Source: an uncultured Planctomycetaceae bacterium (lineage in GTDB: Bacteria > Planctomycetota > Planctomycetia > Isosphaerales > Isosphaeraceae). From it: a stretch of DNA of 64,000 bases. The stretch spans positions 3,392,001-3,456,000 of the forward strand of contig CAWIAD010000002.1 of NCBI GenBank assembly GCA_963833985.1. Direction: 5' to 3'. This document shows positions 1 to 10,047 of the stretch, piece after piece. The translations under genes were made by a program, and so were the position numbers. The notes under the pieces are model-generated. The model searched no databases, had not been told where the DNA came from, and saw only the letters and a list, made by a program, of their open reading frames with translations. Numbering within the stretch: position 1 is the stretch's first letter; every line of letters starts with the position of its first letter.

Positions 1-1454
1 TCGCTGTAGCCGGATTTCTCGTTGTGGCCGGTACCGCGCGTGAAGTAAGCGGCCAGCGGGTTCTCGGTGCCGGGGATGGTGCGATAGCAGATGCCGTCGC
101 CGTCGACGTCCCTGTAGCGCTCGAACTGGCCAAGCCGTTCCAGGTCAGCCGCGTTCAGCACCTTGCCGCGCTGGATCGGCTTCTCGGGATAGACAAAAGG
201 CTTGCTCAGCCAGAGGTTCATGCCCAGGTCCAGGTCCGTGGCCATGAAGACCGGCGTCTGGAACTGCTGCGCCAGGTCGAGCGCCTCGATGGTCATCGAG
301 TAGCACTCCTCCACCGAGCCGGGTATGAGCACGATATGCCGGCAGTCGCCGTGTCCCAGAAGGTGCAGCTTGAGGATGTCGCCCTGGCTGGTCCGCGTGG
401 GCAGACCCGTGCTTGGCCCCATGCGCTGGACGTCGATGATCACGACGGGGATCTCGGCGAAGTACGCCAGGCCGACGAACTCGCTCATGAGCGAGATGCC
501 GGGGCCCGAGGTTGCCGTCAGCGCCCGCGCTCCGCCCCAGCCGGCGCCGATGGCCATGCCGACGGCGGCCAGCTCGTCCTCAGCCTGCACGATCGCGTAG
601 GTGTGCTTGCCGTCGGCCAGCGTGCGGTGCTTCTTCAGGAACTCCTCGGCGTACTCGGCCAGGCTGCTGGAAGGCGTGATCGGGTACCAGGTGAGCACGC
701 TCGCACCGCCGAAGAGCACCCCCAGGGCGGCAGCCTTGTTCCCCTCGATGAGGATCCGGTCCTGCGCTGACTCCATCGGCTCCACGCGGAACGGCAGATC
801 GGCAGGGAGGTTCTCCCGGGCCCACTCATAACCGCGTGTCGCCGCGCTGATGTTGATCTCCGCGGCTTTGGCCTTGCGGCCGGGAAACTCGCGGCGAATG
901 CCTTTCTCCACGGCCTCCATCCGGATGTCGCAGACCGAGGCCAGGACACCCACGTAGACCATGTTGATGACCTTGCGCAGCTTGTCGCGATAGCCCTTGT
1001 CGGTCTTGTCGGGAGGGTACGCCTGCTCGACGAGCTTCTGGAACGGCACCGGCAAGAACAGGACGTCGTCGCGCAGCCCGCGCAACTGGACGTCGAAATC
1101 GTCCCGGTAAATGCAGACTGTCCCGGGGACAAGCTGCATCAGGTCGTCCTTGGCGGTCGCCTCGTTCATGCAGACCAGGATCTGCGGATCAACGCGATGA
1201 GAGACGTATCCCCTGGCGCTGGCACGGATGTGAAACCACGTCGGCAGGCCTTCGATGTTCGACGGAAAGATGTTCTTTCCACTGCAAGGCAGACCCATGG
1301 AGTACAGGGCGCGGAGCAGGACCAGGTTGGCGGACTGGCTTCCCGAGCCGTTGACCGTTCCAACCCGGATCGCCAGGTCGTTGATTTGCGGGACGGCTGG
1401 AAATCGCGCGGCCAGGTCAGGAGAGATCTCGACCGGGGAGAGGGTGGCGGACAT
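1..1454 (-). CDS. 2-oxoacid:ferredoxin (acceptor) oxidoreductase alpha subunit, runs off window start
   Basis: Manual translation from ATG at 1454 (GAGGTG RBS upstream): VGTVNGSGSQSAN...GKNIFPSNIEGLPTW...WYPITPSSSLAE...QAEDELAA...TATSGPGISLMSE...DVQRMGPSTGLPT. Absent from the ORF track because no stop lies in the window. Confidence 0.93.
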   Translation of the reverse strand, partial: MSATLSPVEISPDLAARFPAVPQINDLAIRVGTVNGSGSQSANLVLLRALYSMGLPCSGKNIFPSNIEGLPTWFHIRASARGYVSHRVDPQILVCMNEATAKDDLMQLVPGTVCIYRDDFDVQLRGLRDDVLFLPVPFQKLVEQAYPPDKTDKGYRDKLRKVINMVYVGVLASVCDIRMEAVEKGIRREFPGRKAKAAEINISAATRGYEWARENLPADLPFRVEPMESAQDRILIEGNKAAALGVLFGGASVLTWYPITPSSSLAEYAEEFLKKHRTLADGKHTYAIVQAEDELAAVGMAIGAGWGGARALTATSGPGISLMSEFVGLAYFAEIPVVIIDVQRMGPSTGLPTRTSQGDILKLHLLGHGDCRHIVLIPGSVEECYSMTIEALDLAQQFQTPVFMATDLDLGMNLWLSKPFVYPEKPIQRGKVLNAADLERLGQFERYRDVDGDGICYRTIPGTENPLAAYFTRGTGHNEKSGYS

Positions 1455-1808
1455 AAGCACCTCAAAAGGTGGGTGCCACGGCCATGACCCCGCCCCTCGT
1501 TACTTTCAACGAATCAACAGATAAAGGCGGGTCATACAGTGAGAGGTCGCCGAACCGTGGCGTACTTTCCCAGCATCAAGTCCAACATATCGGCCATGCA
1601 ATGGCAAGAGCGTCGTGCCCTCGGTCAGCGGCCCTCGCGCGCGCCGGGTGCTCCACATTAAAGTCCTTCAATGACATGGGCTTACGAATGGCGGTCCAGG
1701 ATCTTATCAGCGCGGAGCGACGCCGGTGCAGCGGTCCCTCGGCATCACCGAACACGCGGTCGATCGGCTGTGATTGGGATCGTCCCCGAAGGTCGTGCGG
1801 AACCGCTC

Positions 1809-1838
1809 GTAGGGTGGGTCAGCGCAGCGCAACCCACC
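1809..1838 (+). repeat. REP-like element (GTAG tetranucleotide plus imperfect palindrome)
   Basis: GTAGGGTGGGTCAGCGCAGCGCAACCCACC: a GTAG end followed by GGTGGGT...ACCCACC arms, the layout of GTAG-family REPs. Confidence 0.55.
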
Positions 1839-1939
1839 GGCTGGCAGAGCTTTGCGTGCGGTTGGATGCACCCGCCAGACGACCTCTTGAGACACTCTCC
1901 TTCCTTCGCATGGTGTTCGTGCCATGGGGCCGCGAGGGT

Positions 1940-2027
1940 GCAACGCGCGAGACAGGTTCGTGATCCAGTCGTGGTGGAAAGCATGGAACAACTTCGCATC
2001 AACACGGGTCCAGTCGTGAACGGGCAT
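1940..2027 (-). pseudogene. N-terminal remnant of a planctomycete DUF4058-like protein
   Basis: MPVHDWTRVDAKLFHAFHHDWITNLSRAL resembles the N-terminus of that family as recalled; the similarity is lost after about 29 codons. Confidence 0.6.
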
Positions 2028-2238
2028 GATGCTGCCCTCCGCGGACGAACAGGCGATTGATACCAACGATTGTACGCCCGCGAGCGTCCCGGAATCGACA
2101 GCTCGGCGGCAAGACAGACATCGGCAACGTTGTCCGATGGCCTCCTGGCAGCCCCACGCGATTGCGCCCCTGTCCTTGAGGAAATGCCCAAGGTTACAAT
2201 GACGATGAGGGGGGACAGGCCGCCCGAGGCGAAGCGGA

Positions 2239-2454
2239 TTGCAGGCAGCCGTCCTGGATGACCAGCCGGCGCGGCAATGCGCCCAGGTTCTGAACCTTCA
2301 AACCCAGGGCACGCTCGGCCTGATTCTCGTGGCCAGGCAGCAAGGTTTGATCGAGGCCGTACGCCGGGTACTCGAACAACTGAGGCAGGCGGGGATGTAC
2401 CTGTCCGATCGGCTCGAGAAGCAGATCCTCCGCGCCGCGGGAGAGTCTTCATGA
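2239..2454 (+). pseudogene. C-terminal remnant of a DUF3368 (PIN-like) protein
   Basis: AVLDDQPARQCAQVLNLQTQGTLGLILVARQQGLI...LRQAGMYLS matches the DUF3368 C-terminal pattern; the N-terminal half is absent. Confidence 0.7.
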
Positions 2455-2462
2455 TGCCCTAC

Positions 2463-4590
2463 CCTAACTTCCGCACCCTGGGCCGGGGAACCACTTGAAA
2501 ATCAGGGTCCCGTCGATTTTTCAGTCACTATTGGGCCGGCTTTGCTCCCAGGTTTTTACTGGACGTATGATCTGTATCGGAACTCCGAGCGCCTCGTACA
2601 GAACCTTGTGGTCGGGCTCGGGCGTGGCGCTCCGACGTATCCGCAGCATTCCATTCTGGTCGGTGGGCAGAACGATTGTCGTAATCTCGTGTTTGGCAAG
2701 CAGGTCCCGAACCGTTGCCCACGACGTGTGTATGTCTTGACGCAGCAATGTCGTCTCGATGGCAACCAATAAGTGGTATGCCAGAACGCACAGAAAAATA
2801 TGCGATTCCACCCTGTGCTCCAGGTGATGGAAGATGGGACGCTCGCACAACGGGCTTTTCATGCACCGGAAGGCATTCTCGGCTCGAGTGAGAGAGCCGT
2901 AGATCCGCCACCCCTCGTCGCCAGTAAGCTCCAGACGGTCGCTACGCAGCAAATAGCTGCCATCAAGGCTCGCTGCAACCTTCTGCTTCTCTTCATCGGG
3001 TTGGTTCTTGAGTTGTCGGGTTTTGACGTCGAAGGTCAGTGAGTAATAGCGAGCCACCCGAGGGTAGCGTTCCTTGAGCCGGCCAACCGCCTCGCCGATC
3101 TTGATCTCCTTCTTGAGCCGTCCCTTCTCGATTCGTCCTTGAAGTCGCGCCACATCCTTCAGGTAACGCCCCTCTTGCTTGGTGCGGATAGCGCGGTCCT
3201 TCTCCACCCGCTCTTGGCTTATGCACAATATCAGAAGCTCATTATTCGATGGGTGAGCCTTGACCCGCACGGACGATTTCTTCTGACCAGGATTGCGGGG
3301 TGAAGGTTGGCGGATGACTTCTGTGAATCCCTCAGCCGTCTCGAATTCGGCGAGGAGGCGATCGCGTTCCTTCTGTCCAGCGGCTACGACGTAATGCAAG
3401 TTGCGTCGACGGAGCTCCGCGATGTTCTCCGCGAAGGCCATCCCGCGGTCGACGACAATCGTGGAGCCTTCAGGAAGCCCCACGCGCTGCTTGAGCAAGT
3501 CGAGCATCGTGCTGAGCGTTTGCCTATCCTGAGCGTTGCCCTCGAAGATTTCGTGAGCGCGGGGGAACCCCTCACGACCGATGACGAGCCCCACCACAAG
3601 TTGCTTACAGTCGGGCCGGTGATCGCGGGAGTAGCCGCGTTTGGCTTTGGGGATGAGATCCGCTTTCCCCTCGAAATAGGTGCTCGTCAGGTCATAGAGC
3701 AGGACCGTATTTCCCAGGTTGAAGAGGCTTTGCTCGCGCTGGGCCAGGGCCGATTCAATGGTGGCGCGGTGGTGGTGCAGGCGATCCAGGTTGCGGTACA
3801 GGGGATCGTCGGGGAGGCGCGAGAAGTCGACGCCCAGGATGTCGGCCAAAGCCGTGGATCGAATCCAGTCGGGCATGGAGTATTCGGCCGCGGGATGAAT
3901 GAGCCGATTGAGCGTCATCGCGCAGGTCAATGATATCAGCCACGGGGTGAAGCCCAGTGATTTCAAGATGTCGTCCAGGCCCAATCGCTTCCAGAATTCG
4001 CGACCGACATGGACGTGACCGGCGGGCCGGGGCGATTCGGAGGTGACGCGATCGACGTGCACCGAAATCAGATCGTCCGCCGAGGAGGTCGAGGACGCAG
4101 TCACGCCGCCTTCGCCGGGGGGAGTGGCTTGCAGGGGAAGCGCTGCTTGAGTCGCTCGAGTTCCGGATCCTCATCGACCATCCCCGGGAGGGACAATTGA
4201 CCGGTGAGTGCGTCCTGGAGCTTGCGGGCCAAGGCAAGCCACTCTTGGGGCGGCGCGGGCGAGAGATCACCGAGTGAACAGATTACCTTTTGCCGCGGTC
4301 CCTTGTCGGTGAGGACGGACTCGACCAACAAGAAATTCACGTATGTTTTATCTTTGTATCGTCGGACCGTCTTGCGGATGTACATGGTCACTATAGATGA
4401 CATGGCGCCCTTAGAAAATCAAGGCGGGAGCCACTAGAATTAGTCACTATTTTGGGATGAAGTGGGAAATGAGCCTGGTTTCGGTTGTCAACCTTATCCA
4501 GACTGCCTAGTCTGAGCATGGAGACGTCAGGATGGGAGGATTATGTGAATTAGCGAGCCTGTCTTCTAATTCCTTCCTGCGAAAGTCGGG
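2463..4590 (-). mobile_element. IS1634-family insertion sequence (~2.13 kb)
   Basis: Imperfect TIRs CCTAACTTCCGCA (2463) and CCCGACTTTCGCA (reverse complement ending 4590), 10/13 identical; flanking direct repeat CTAC at 2459-2462 and 4591-4594; DDE transposase inside. Confidence 0.88.
2521..4385 (-). CDS. IS1634-family DDE transposase (one frameshift near 4117-4122)
   Basis: N-terminal MYIRKTVRRYKDKTYVNFLLVESV..GPRQKVICSLG (4101-4403 ORF) joins YDLTSTYFEG...GYSRDHRPD...VVDRG...ENAFRCMKS.L..RPIFH (2521-4104 ORF). The break lies at a G6 run. Confidence 0.9.
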
Positions 4591-4735
4591 CTACCTGAAG
4601 CAGCGGGCCGGGGTCATCATTCAGAGCGGAGTCGAGGAGAACGGGACTGCATCACGCATTGTGTCATCAGAGCGTAGGAACGGCCCCTCGCCCGGCCGCA
4701 CCCCGGCTGGAAGAGGGGCACACGAACATCATTCG

Positions 4736-5075
4736 TCAGGACCGCGAAGGTTCGCCTCCGAACCACCCGCGCCGGCCTTGCGGCTTCGTCAGACTGAAGG
4801 CTTGCAGGATCACACCGTCGAGAGGACCAAGCTGTACGACCGGGCCGCCGCTACCAAGCTTCGTCACGGGTAGCATGCCGGAGAGATCGAGACCTGCCGG
4901 GACCGTTCGCCCGGAGATACCCGGAGCGTATCCCTTCATGGCGGGCTTGCTCACCGGCGTCCATCCGCTCAACACGCTATCAATCGCCATGAGGCCCTGG
5001 CTCGTTGTGTCCGGAGCCGGCGACTCCGACAAGACAGGCGATGCTACGTTGCCGGCGCCGTAGTCTTCGGCGCAT
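4736..5075 (-). CDS. hypothetical protein (possible frameshift just after the start)
   Basis: AGGAGA RBS and ATG at 5075 are one base out of frame with the 4736-5032 ORF; no family recognised. Confidence 0.35.
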
Positions 5076-5665
5076 GGTGGTTCTCCTGGGCTGAAGGAAC
5101 AATCGTGGGATGAGACAAGGCGATCATCGACCCGAGCGCGCAGTCCGAGCGCCCGGACCTGTCGAGGTCAGTTCCTTAAGAACGCAAACCGCGTCAGAAC
5201 TAGCCGGTGACGTTGTAACGTCGAGTCATCGTGTCCGATCCCGGCGAGCGAGCTTGTCCAGCCTCAATCCGTTCCAGAGGTCGGGGTTGGGCCGATGAAT
5301 ACCGAAAGATACTCACGTTTGGGTGCTGCATTTGAGCTTTGAATCCGTCGCGCTCGCGGGCGACGTACGTCGCAGGAGTCCGCGGAGAGAAAGGTCCACA
5401 CAGTGCTTGCCCCGCGCGGTGTGGACCAAACCGAACTTGAACAGAAGGACGCGAAGGAAACGAAGAACGAGAGCGCAGCGCAGAGCGGCGCGTGGAGCAA
5501 CCGCTCGCGAGCCCAGGTTGGGTCCTTTGCTGCGGCGCGCGCAAACCAACAAGCGGTGACCGTTTCGAGCGTCTTGTGCATCGTGTGCATCTCCCTGCCT
5601 GGTTCGGCCTGGGGTAGAATCAGATTAATCACCGAGTGTTGGGATCACTGCCAGGAGCCAGAGTG

Positions 5666-5878
5666 ATGACCTTGACCGTCGAAGCCATCTACGAGAACGG
5701 CGTGCTGAAGCCGGTCCAGCCGCTGCCGCTGAAGGAGCAGGAAGTGGTCCGCATCACCATTGAGTCGCAGCTCAGTTGGGTCGAGCGGACGGCTGGAATG
5801 ATGAAATGGACCGGCGACCCCGAGGTTCTGCGGAGGATCGCCGAGGACGATGAGTACGGCATTCTGGAGTCGCGATGA
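5666..5878 (+). CDS. antitoxin, DUF104/AF2212-like family
   Basis: MTLTVEAIYENGVLKPVQPLPLKEQEVVRITI signature; AGGAG RBS; ATGA overlap with the toxin gene. Confidence 0.88.
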   Translation: MTLTVEAIYENGVLKPVQPLPLKEQEVVRITIESQLSWVERTAGMMKWTGDPEVLRRIAEDDEYGILESR

Positions 5879-6375
5879 CCTTCGACCAGATCCCGGCTGC
5901 TGCGGCCGTGTTCCTTGATGCAAATACGCTCGTTTACCACTTCACCAACCATCCCACGTTCGGTCGGCCCTGCACCCAGCTCCTGAAGCGGATCGAGCAC
6001 CAGCAGCACGTTGGCTCCGTCTCGACGCACGTCCTGAGTGAGATGGCCCATCGCCTGATGACACTGGAAGCGCTCGATCGGTTTGGCTGGCAGCCGGCCG
6101 GGATCGCGACTCGACTGCGCAAACATCACATCGAGATCCCCAGGTTGACCCTTCACGTTCAGGCCGTCGCTCAGATCCCGCTCCTGGGTATTCAGACCGT
6201 TGCCATCACCCCGCCCCTGGTCGAAGCTGCGACTCTCGTGAGCCGTCAGCATGAGCTCCTCATGGGTGATGCGCTCGTCGTCGCGGTGATGCAATCCCAA
6301 GGTCTCAGTCACCTCGCCAGTAACGATGCCGACTTCGACCGGGTACCCGGGTTGACGCGGTATGAGCCGATTTAA
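5875..6375 (+). CDS. vapC: PIN-domain (VapC-family) toxin
   Basis: VFLDANTLVY...STHVLSE...LLMGDALVVAVM...LASNDADFDRV: conserved acidic PIN residues. Confidence 0.9.
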   Translation: MTFDQIPAAAAVFLDANTLVYHFTNHPTFGRPCTQLLKRIEHQQHVGSVSTHVLSEMAHRLMTLEALDRFGWQPAGIATRLRKHHIEIPRLTLHVQAVAQIPLLGIQTVAITPPLVEAATLVSRQHELLMGDALVVAVMQSQGLSHLASNDADFDRVPGLTRYEPI

Positions 6376-6552
6376 GAATATTTTCATCGGTAGCCTCCGG
6401 CGAAGTGTGTTCCCACGGCGCTGGTGCCGCAACCGCCGCCGGCGCGCAAACCGAGCGCCCGGACCGATCAGGGTCCTTTACTTGAGAAGGCAGCCCACGC
6501 CACTCTCAGCCGGCAGTCAGACAGCCTTGGATCATGGTGCCGGTTCAGGTTC

Positions 6553-6780
6553 TTAGAGGGGAAAGGCTCCTTGGCGAGGCGCGGGTTCGCGGCTTCGGTC
6601 GTGGGTCGGTATGTCTTGCTTCAGCCGCAAATGGAGAGACATCACACCCGAGTTATACGACAACTCGGCAGGAGTCTCACCATGCGAAAGCCCCGCAATG
6701 AGCTGCTCACGGGCCGGCCTGTCGCCACCGCTGGCCCGCTCCATGATCTGCTCCCAGTCCGGACCGGTTGAAGACACCAT
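6553..6780 (-). pseudogene. possible degraded ECF sigma factor remnant
   Basis: EQIMERASGGDRPAREQLI resembles ECF sigma region 1-2 starts and GLSHGETPAEL resembles region 4; the middle is missing. Confidence 0.3.
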
Positions 6781-7154
6781 GCTTGCTCCCGACTAGAGCT
6801 GTTGTGCGCAGAACCGTCGGAAAAGTTACAGCAAAATAAGAAACGTGCGAAATGAACGGAATCAGATGGGATTCTCGATGAGGTGAAACCTATGGTTTGA
6901 GTCAGATTCTGGGTGATGGGAGCGGTTGATTCAAGCTCTCGGAGCCGGGAAGAAGAGAATCCGGGTGATCAGCGGAATAGGCCGACTCTTCGAGAGCCAA
7001 TTTGCGGCAAACAGAATGACGAGGCGACCTTGTGTTGCACAGCACCACGGGTTCGAAAAGAGGAGCGGGCCGGAACAGGAGATGTTTCGACCCGCTTGCG
7101 AGTGTCGAGAGGTTTTTCAAAGCCATGGCGGAGAGGTCATCCCCGCCCGGGTGG

Positions 7155-7856
7155 TCACGGGTTGGGCGCCGGCGCGGGAGGTGCGACTGCGCCGGATGAG
7201 GACGCGGATCCGGGCAAGGTCGGGTTCGTCATCCCCTCGGCGCGGTTCATCACGTTGCCGACGCCAGTGTTCAGGTTGCCGGACTGAGTGCCGGGAATTC
7301 CCGGAGCATTGTTCACGGCACCCGGTTGACCGTTTCCCTGGTTCATCACGGCACCCGGTTGACCGTTTCCCTGGTTCATGATGTTGCCTGGCACCGTCCG
7401 GCCGTAAGTTGAGGAGTAGGTCGATGTCCCGGGCGTGCCCATGATACCCGTGTTGCCGGTTGTGCCCGCGTTCATCATTCCGGGCGTGCCGTAATAGACG
7501 GGAGTCCCGCCTTGCGAGTAAGGCTGGTACGTGGTTGCCGGCGAGGCGTACCCATAATTTCCCTGGCTGTATCCGGCCATCTGTCCGTAGCCCGCGCCGC
7601 CGTAGGACATCGGAGCGTAGGCCATCCGGTTCCCGCCGCGGAAGAATCCCCTCTGGACAAGCCCGCCACCGTAACCGGCTCCGCCATAGGAGCCGCCGCC
7701 GCCATAACATCCGCCGCCGTAGCACCCGCCCCCGCCATAGCACCCGCCGCTGTAGCAGGCGCTGTAGCAAGCATGGCGGTGCCCGCCGCCGTGTCGGCAA
7801 CCGTGACAACCCATCGTACTCAAGGAGATTGTCAGTGCCAGGACCACAGTCTGCAT
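7155..7856 (-). CDS. secreted Gly/Tyr/Cys-rich low-complexity protein
   Basis: GGAGG RBS and ATG at 7856; hydrophobic N-terminus MQTVVLALTISLSTMG, then CYS/CYGG repeats and a Gly/Asn/Pro-rich tail. Confidence 0.75.
   Translation of the reverse strand: MQTVVLALTISLSTMGCHGCRHGGGHRHACYSACYSGGCYGGGGCYGGGCYGGGGSYGGAGYGGGLVQRGFFRGGNRMAYAPMSYGGAGYGQMAGYSQGNYGYASPATTYQPYSQGGTPVYYGTPGMMNAGTTGNTGIMGTPGTSTYSSTYGRTVPGNIMNQGNGQPGAVMNQGNGQPGAVNNAPGIPGTQSGNLNTGVGNVMNRAEGMTNPTLPGSASSSGAVAPPAPAPNP
7314..7379. repeat. 33-bp perfect tandem repeat x2 (encodes MNQGNGQPGAV)
   Basis: cacggcacccggttgaccgtttccctggttcat at 7314-7346 and 7347-7379. Confidence 0.9.
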
Positions 7857-8005
7857 TGGTGTGTGCCTCCGTGATGGTGCGAAAAACTGAGAAACGACCC
7901 GCCACGCAGGCGTGCAAAAAGAGTGCCGGCAAGACCGGTCAGGCGGACTCTGCCGGTTCCGCCGGTGAAACAGAGCGGTAGGGATCACCGGAGGCAGCCG
8001 AGCGC

Positions 8006-8686
8006 TCAACGGTGGGGCGGGTCGGTGGGGTCGAGATGACTCCGGGCTCCGTCGCGATATCCCTGCTCGTAGAACCGCTCGCGCAGCTCGCGTTCGTAGA
8101 CCTCCATCCGATCCTCATGATCTTCGGGGGTCTGGGCACCGGTCCAGCGAATGAGCTGTGCGAGACGGGCGAGCTGGTCCGCCAGGAACCGGCCGGTCGC
8201 CGTGCCCCAGGCGCGATACCCCATCGCTTCGTGCTCGACGATCTCCAGGAAGGTCGTGGGCTGGCCGTTGACGGGGACGACGTCGGCGGCTCGATGCGGA
8301 GGACGGGGCAGCGGACCCTCGTCCGTCGGGAGCGGCCCGGATGCCACTTCGCCGACCGCCTGGTCGATCAGTCCGCAGGCCACCAAAGCCTGGACGTGCT
8401 TGCAGCCGTGCGGGTCAATTCCCTCGCGCTTGAACGTGAAATCGGGACAATCGCAGACCGGGCCGTGAACGGTCTCGGCGACATCGTATTCGGTGCCGTC
8501 GAATTTCCTGAGCCGGAAGGCCTTGCTGGCGATCCCTGGGTCGGCGGCCATGCGGTGGATATGATATGCGGTGCCGTTGATAAAAAGGCTCAGCCGGGCC
8601 GACGGCTGGGCCGGAGCGGCAGGCCGTCCGGCTGCCGAACCGGCCTGCTCGTGGAGGCGCGGGTAGTGGGCGTGTAGGCTTGTCAT
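8006..8686 (-). CDS. SWIM zinc-finger domain protein
   Basis: YDVAETVHGPVCDCPDFTFKREGIDPHGCKHVQAL gives the CxC...CxH SWIM motif. Confidence 0.85.
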   Translation of the reverse strand: MTSLHAHYPRLHEQAGSAAGRPAAPAQPSARLSLFINGTAYHIHRMAADPGIASKAFRLRKFDGTEYDVAETVHGPVCDCPDFTFKREGIDPHGCKHVQALVACGLIDQAVGEVASGPLPTDEGPLPRPPHRAADVVPVNGQPTTFLEIVEHEAMGYRAWGTATGRFLADQLARLAQLIRWTGAQTPEDHEDRMEVYERELRERFYEQGYRDGARSHLDPTDPPHR

Positions 8687-8762
8687 GAGTTCTCTCGGCA
8701 ACTCTGGAAGGCGCGGCGAGGTGCAACTTGCCAGCGGCCACGGAATTCTGCTCCTCTATGGA

Positions 8763-8791
8763 ATTGTACGCGCCCAATGTAACGATGTACA
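8763..8791 (-). promoter_or_regulatory. putative sigma70 promoter for the SWIM gene, with an overlapping imperfect palindrome
   Basis: Minus strand TGTACA-N17-TACAAT; TGTAA-N4-GTACA (8778-8791) overlaps the -35 element. Confidence 0.5.
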
Positions 8792-8854
8792 CCGTGTCTT
8801 GGTGGCCAGTCAGATTCCTGCGGATGCGTCGTCTCCCGGCGCGGGGGTGCATGA

Positions 8855-9811
8855 ATGGAGCTTGGGCTGTTCCATCGGGCGATCTATCTGACCGGTCCGA
8901 CGGCCTCGGGGAAGACGGCGGTCGGCGTGGAGCTCGCCCGGCGGCTGAACGCGGAGATCGTGGCCGTCGACTCGATGACCCTCTACCGCGGCATGGACAT
9001 CGGCACGGCCAAGCCAGGGATCGAGCAGCGCGGCGGGGTGGCCCACCACCTCATCGACATGCTCGATCCTTGGGAATCCGCCAGCGTGGCCGATTTTCGG
9101 CGGTGGGCGATGGAGGCGGCCGAGTCCATTGAACGGCGAGGCAAGCGGTTTCTTTTCGTCGGCGGCACGCCGCTGTACCTGAAGGCCCTGCTACGCGGGC
9201 TCTTTGAAGGCCCCGGGGCGGACCTCGCGGTCCGGGGCCGGCTGGAGGAGGAGGCGCGGCAGCACGGAGCGGAGGCGCTGCACCATCGGCTGGCAGCGCT
9301 GGACCCGAGCGCCGCGGCGCGGCTCCATCCCCACGACCAGCGCCGGGTGATCCGGGCCCTGGAGCTGATCGAGCTCACCGGCGCAACTCTGGGCCAGCTT
9401 CAGCAGCAGCATGATCGCACCGCACCGGTCGAGACCGTGGTCTTCGCGCTCGATTTGCCGCGCGCCGAGCTGCACGCGCGGATCAACGCGCGCGTTCGGG
9501 CGATGTTCGGCGCGGGGCTGGTCGAGGAGGTGCGTGCCTTGTGGTCGGCACCCCGTCCCCCGAGCGCCGTGGCGGCGCAGGCCGTGGGCTATCGCGAGGT
9601 GCACGAGATGCTGGAGGGCCAGTTCTCACAGGCTGCCACCATGGAGCGGATCGCCACGCGGACCCGGCAGTTTGCCAAGCGGCAGTGCACCTGGTTCCGC
9701 GGACTGGCCGAGGTGCGCTCGTGGCCCGTGCTGCCAGCCGACGACGTGGGCAGCCTTGCCGGCCGGCTGGCCGATGCCGTCGCGAGCGCCGAGGCCATGC
9801 GGCGGAGCTGA
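8855..9811 (+). CDS. miaA: tRNA dimethylallyltransferase
   Basis: GPTASGKT, DSMTLYRGMDIGTAKP, VGGTPLYLKAL, TRQFAKRQ.TWFR. Confidence 0.97.
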   Translation: MELGLFHRAIYLTGPTASGKTAVGVELARRLNAEIVAVDSMTLYRGMDIGTAKPGIEQRGGVAHHLIDMLDPWESASVADFRRWAMEAAESIERRGKRFLFVGGTPLYLKALLRGLFEGPGADLAVRGRLEEEARQHGAEALHHRLAALDPSAAARLHPHDQRRVIRALELIELTGATLGQLQQQHDRTAPVETVVFALDLPRAELHARINARVRAMFGAGLVEEVRALWSAPRPPSAVAAQAVGYREVHEMLEGQFSQAATMERIATRTRQFAKRQCTWFRGLAEVRSWPVLPADDVGSLAGRLADAVASAEAMRRS

Positions 9812-10047
9812 GGAACAGGTGGCATGGGAACGGCGAATCCGCCAAGTTGCCCTTCCCGGGCCGGACGTGTTTTGCTATCAAGCGGATCGTCCGAGTGGCC
9901 GAGCTCCGGCCTGCGCCGCAGGTGCGCTCGCCTGGCCGGGCTGCGCTGGATTGACCCTCTCTGTTTGTCTGGAACGGGTCCTGACCGGTGTACTGTCTGA
10001 TCGGCGCGGCGTCGAGCGGGGCCGTTCCCAAGGAGGGGACCGTTTCC

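Noticed and set aside
4101..4130. Programmed ribosomal frameshift in the transposase
   Set aside because: IS1634 transposases are normally single ORFs, and the break is at a G6 run like other probable assembly errors.
5430..5500. Purine-rich gaacagaaggacgcgaaggaaacgaagaacgag tract as a dispersed repeat or ncRNA
   Set aside because: Only one copy seen in the window and no supported structure; needs a genome-wide search.
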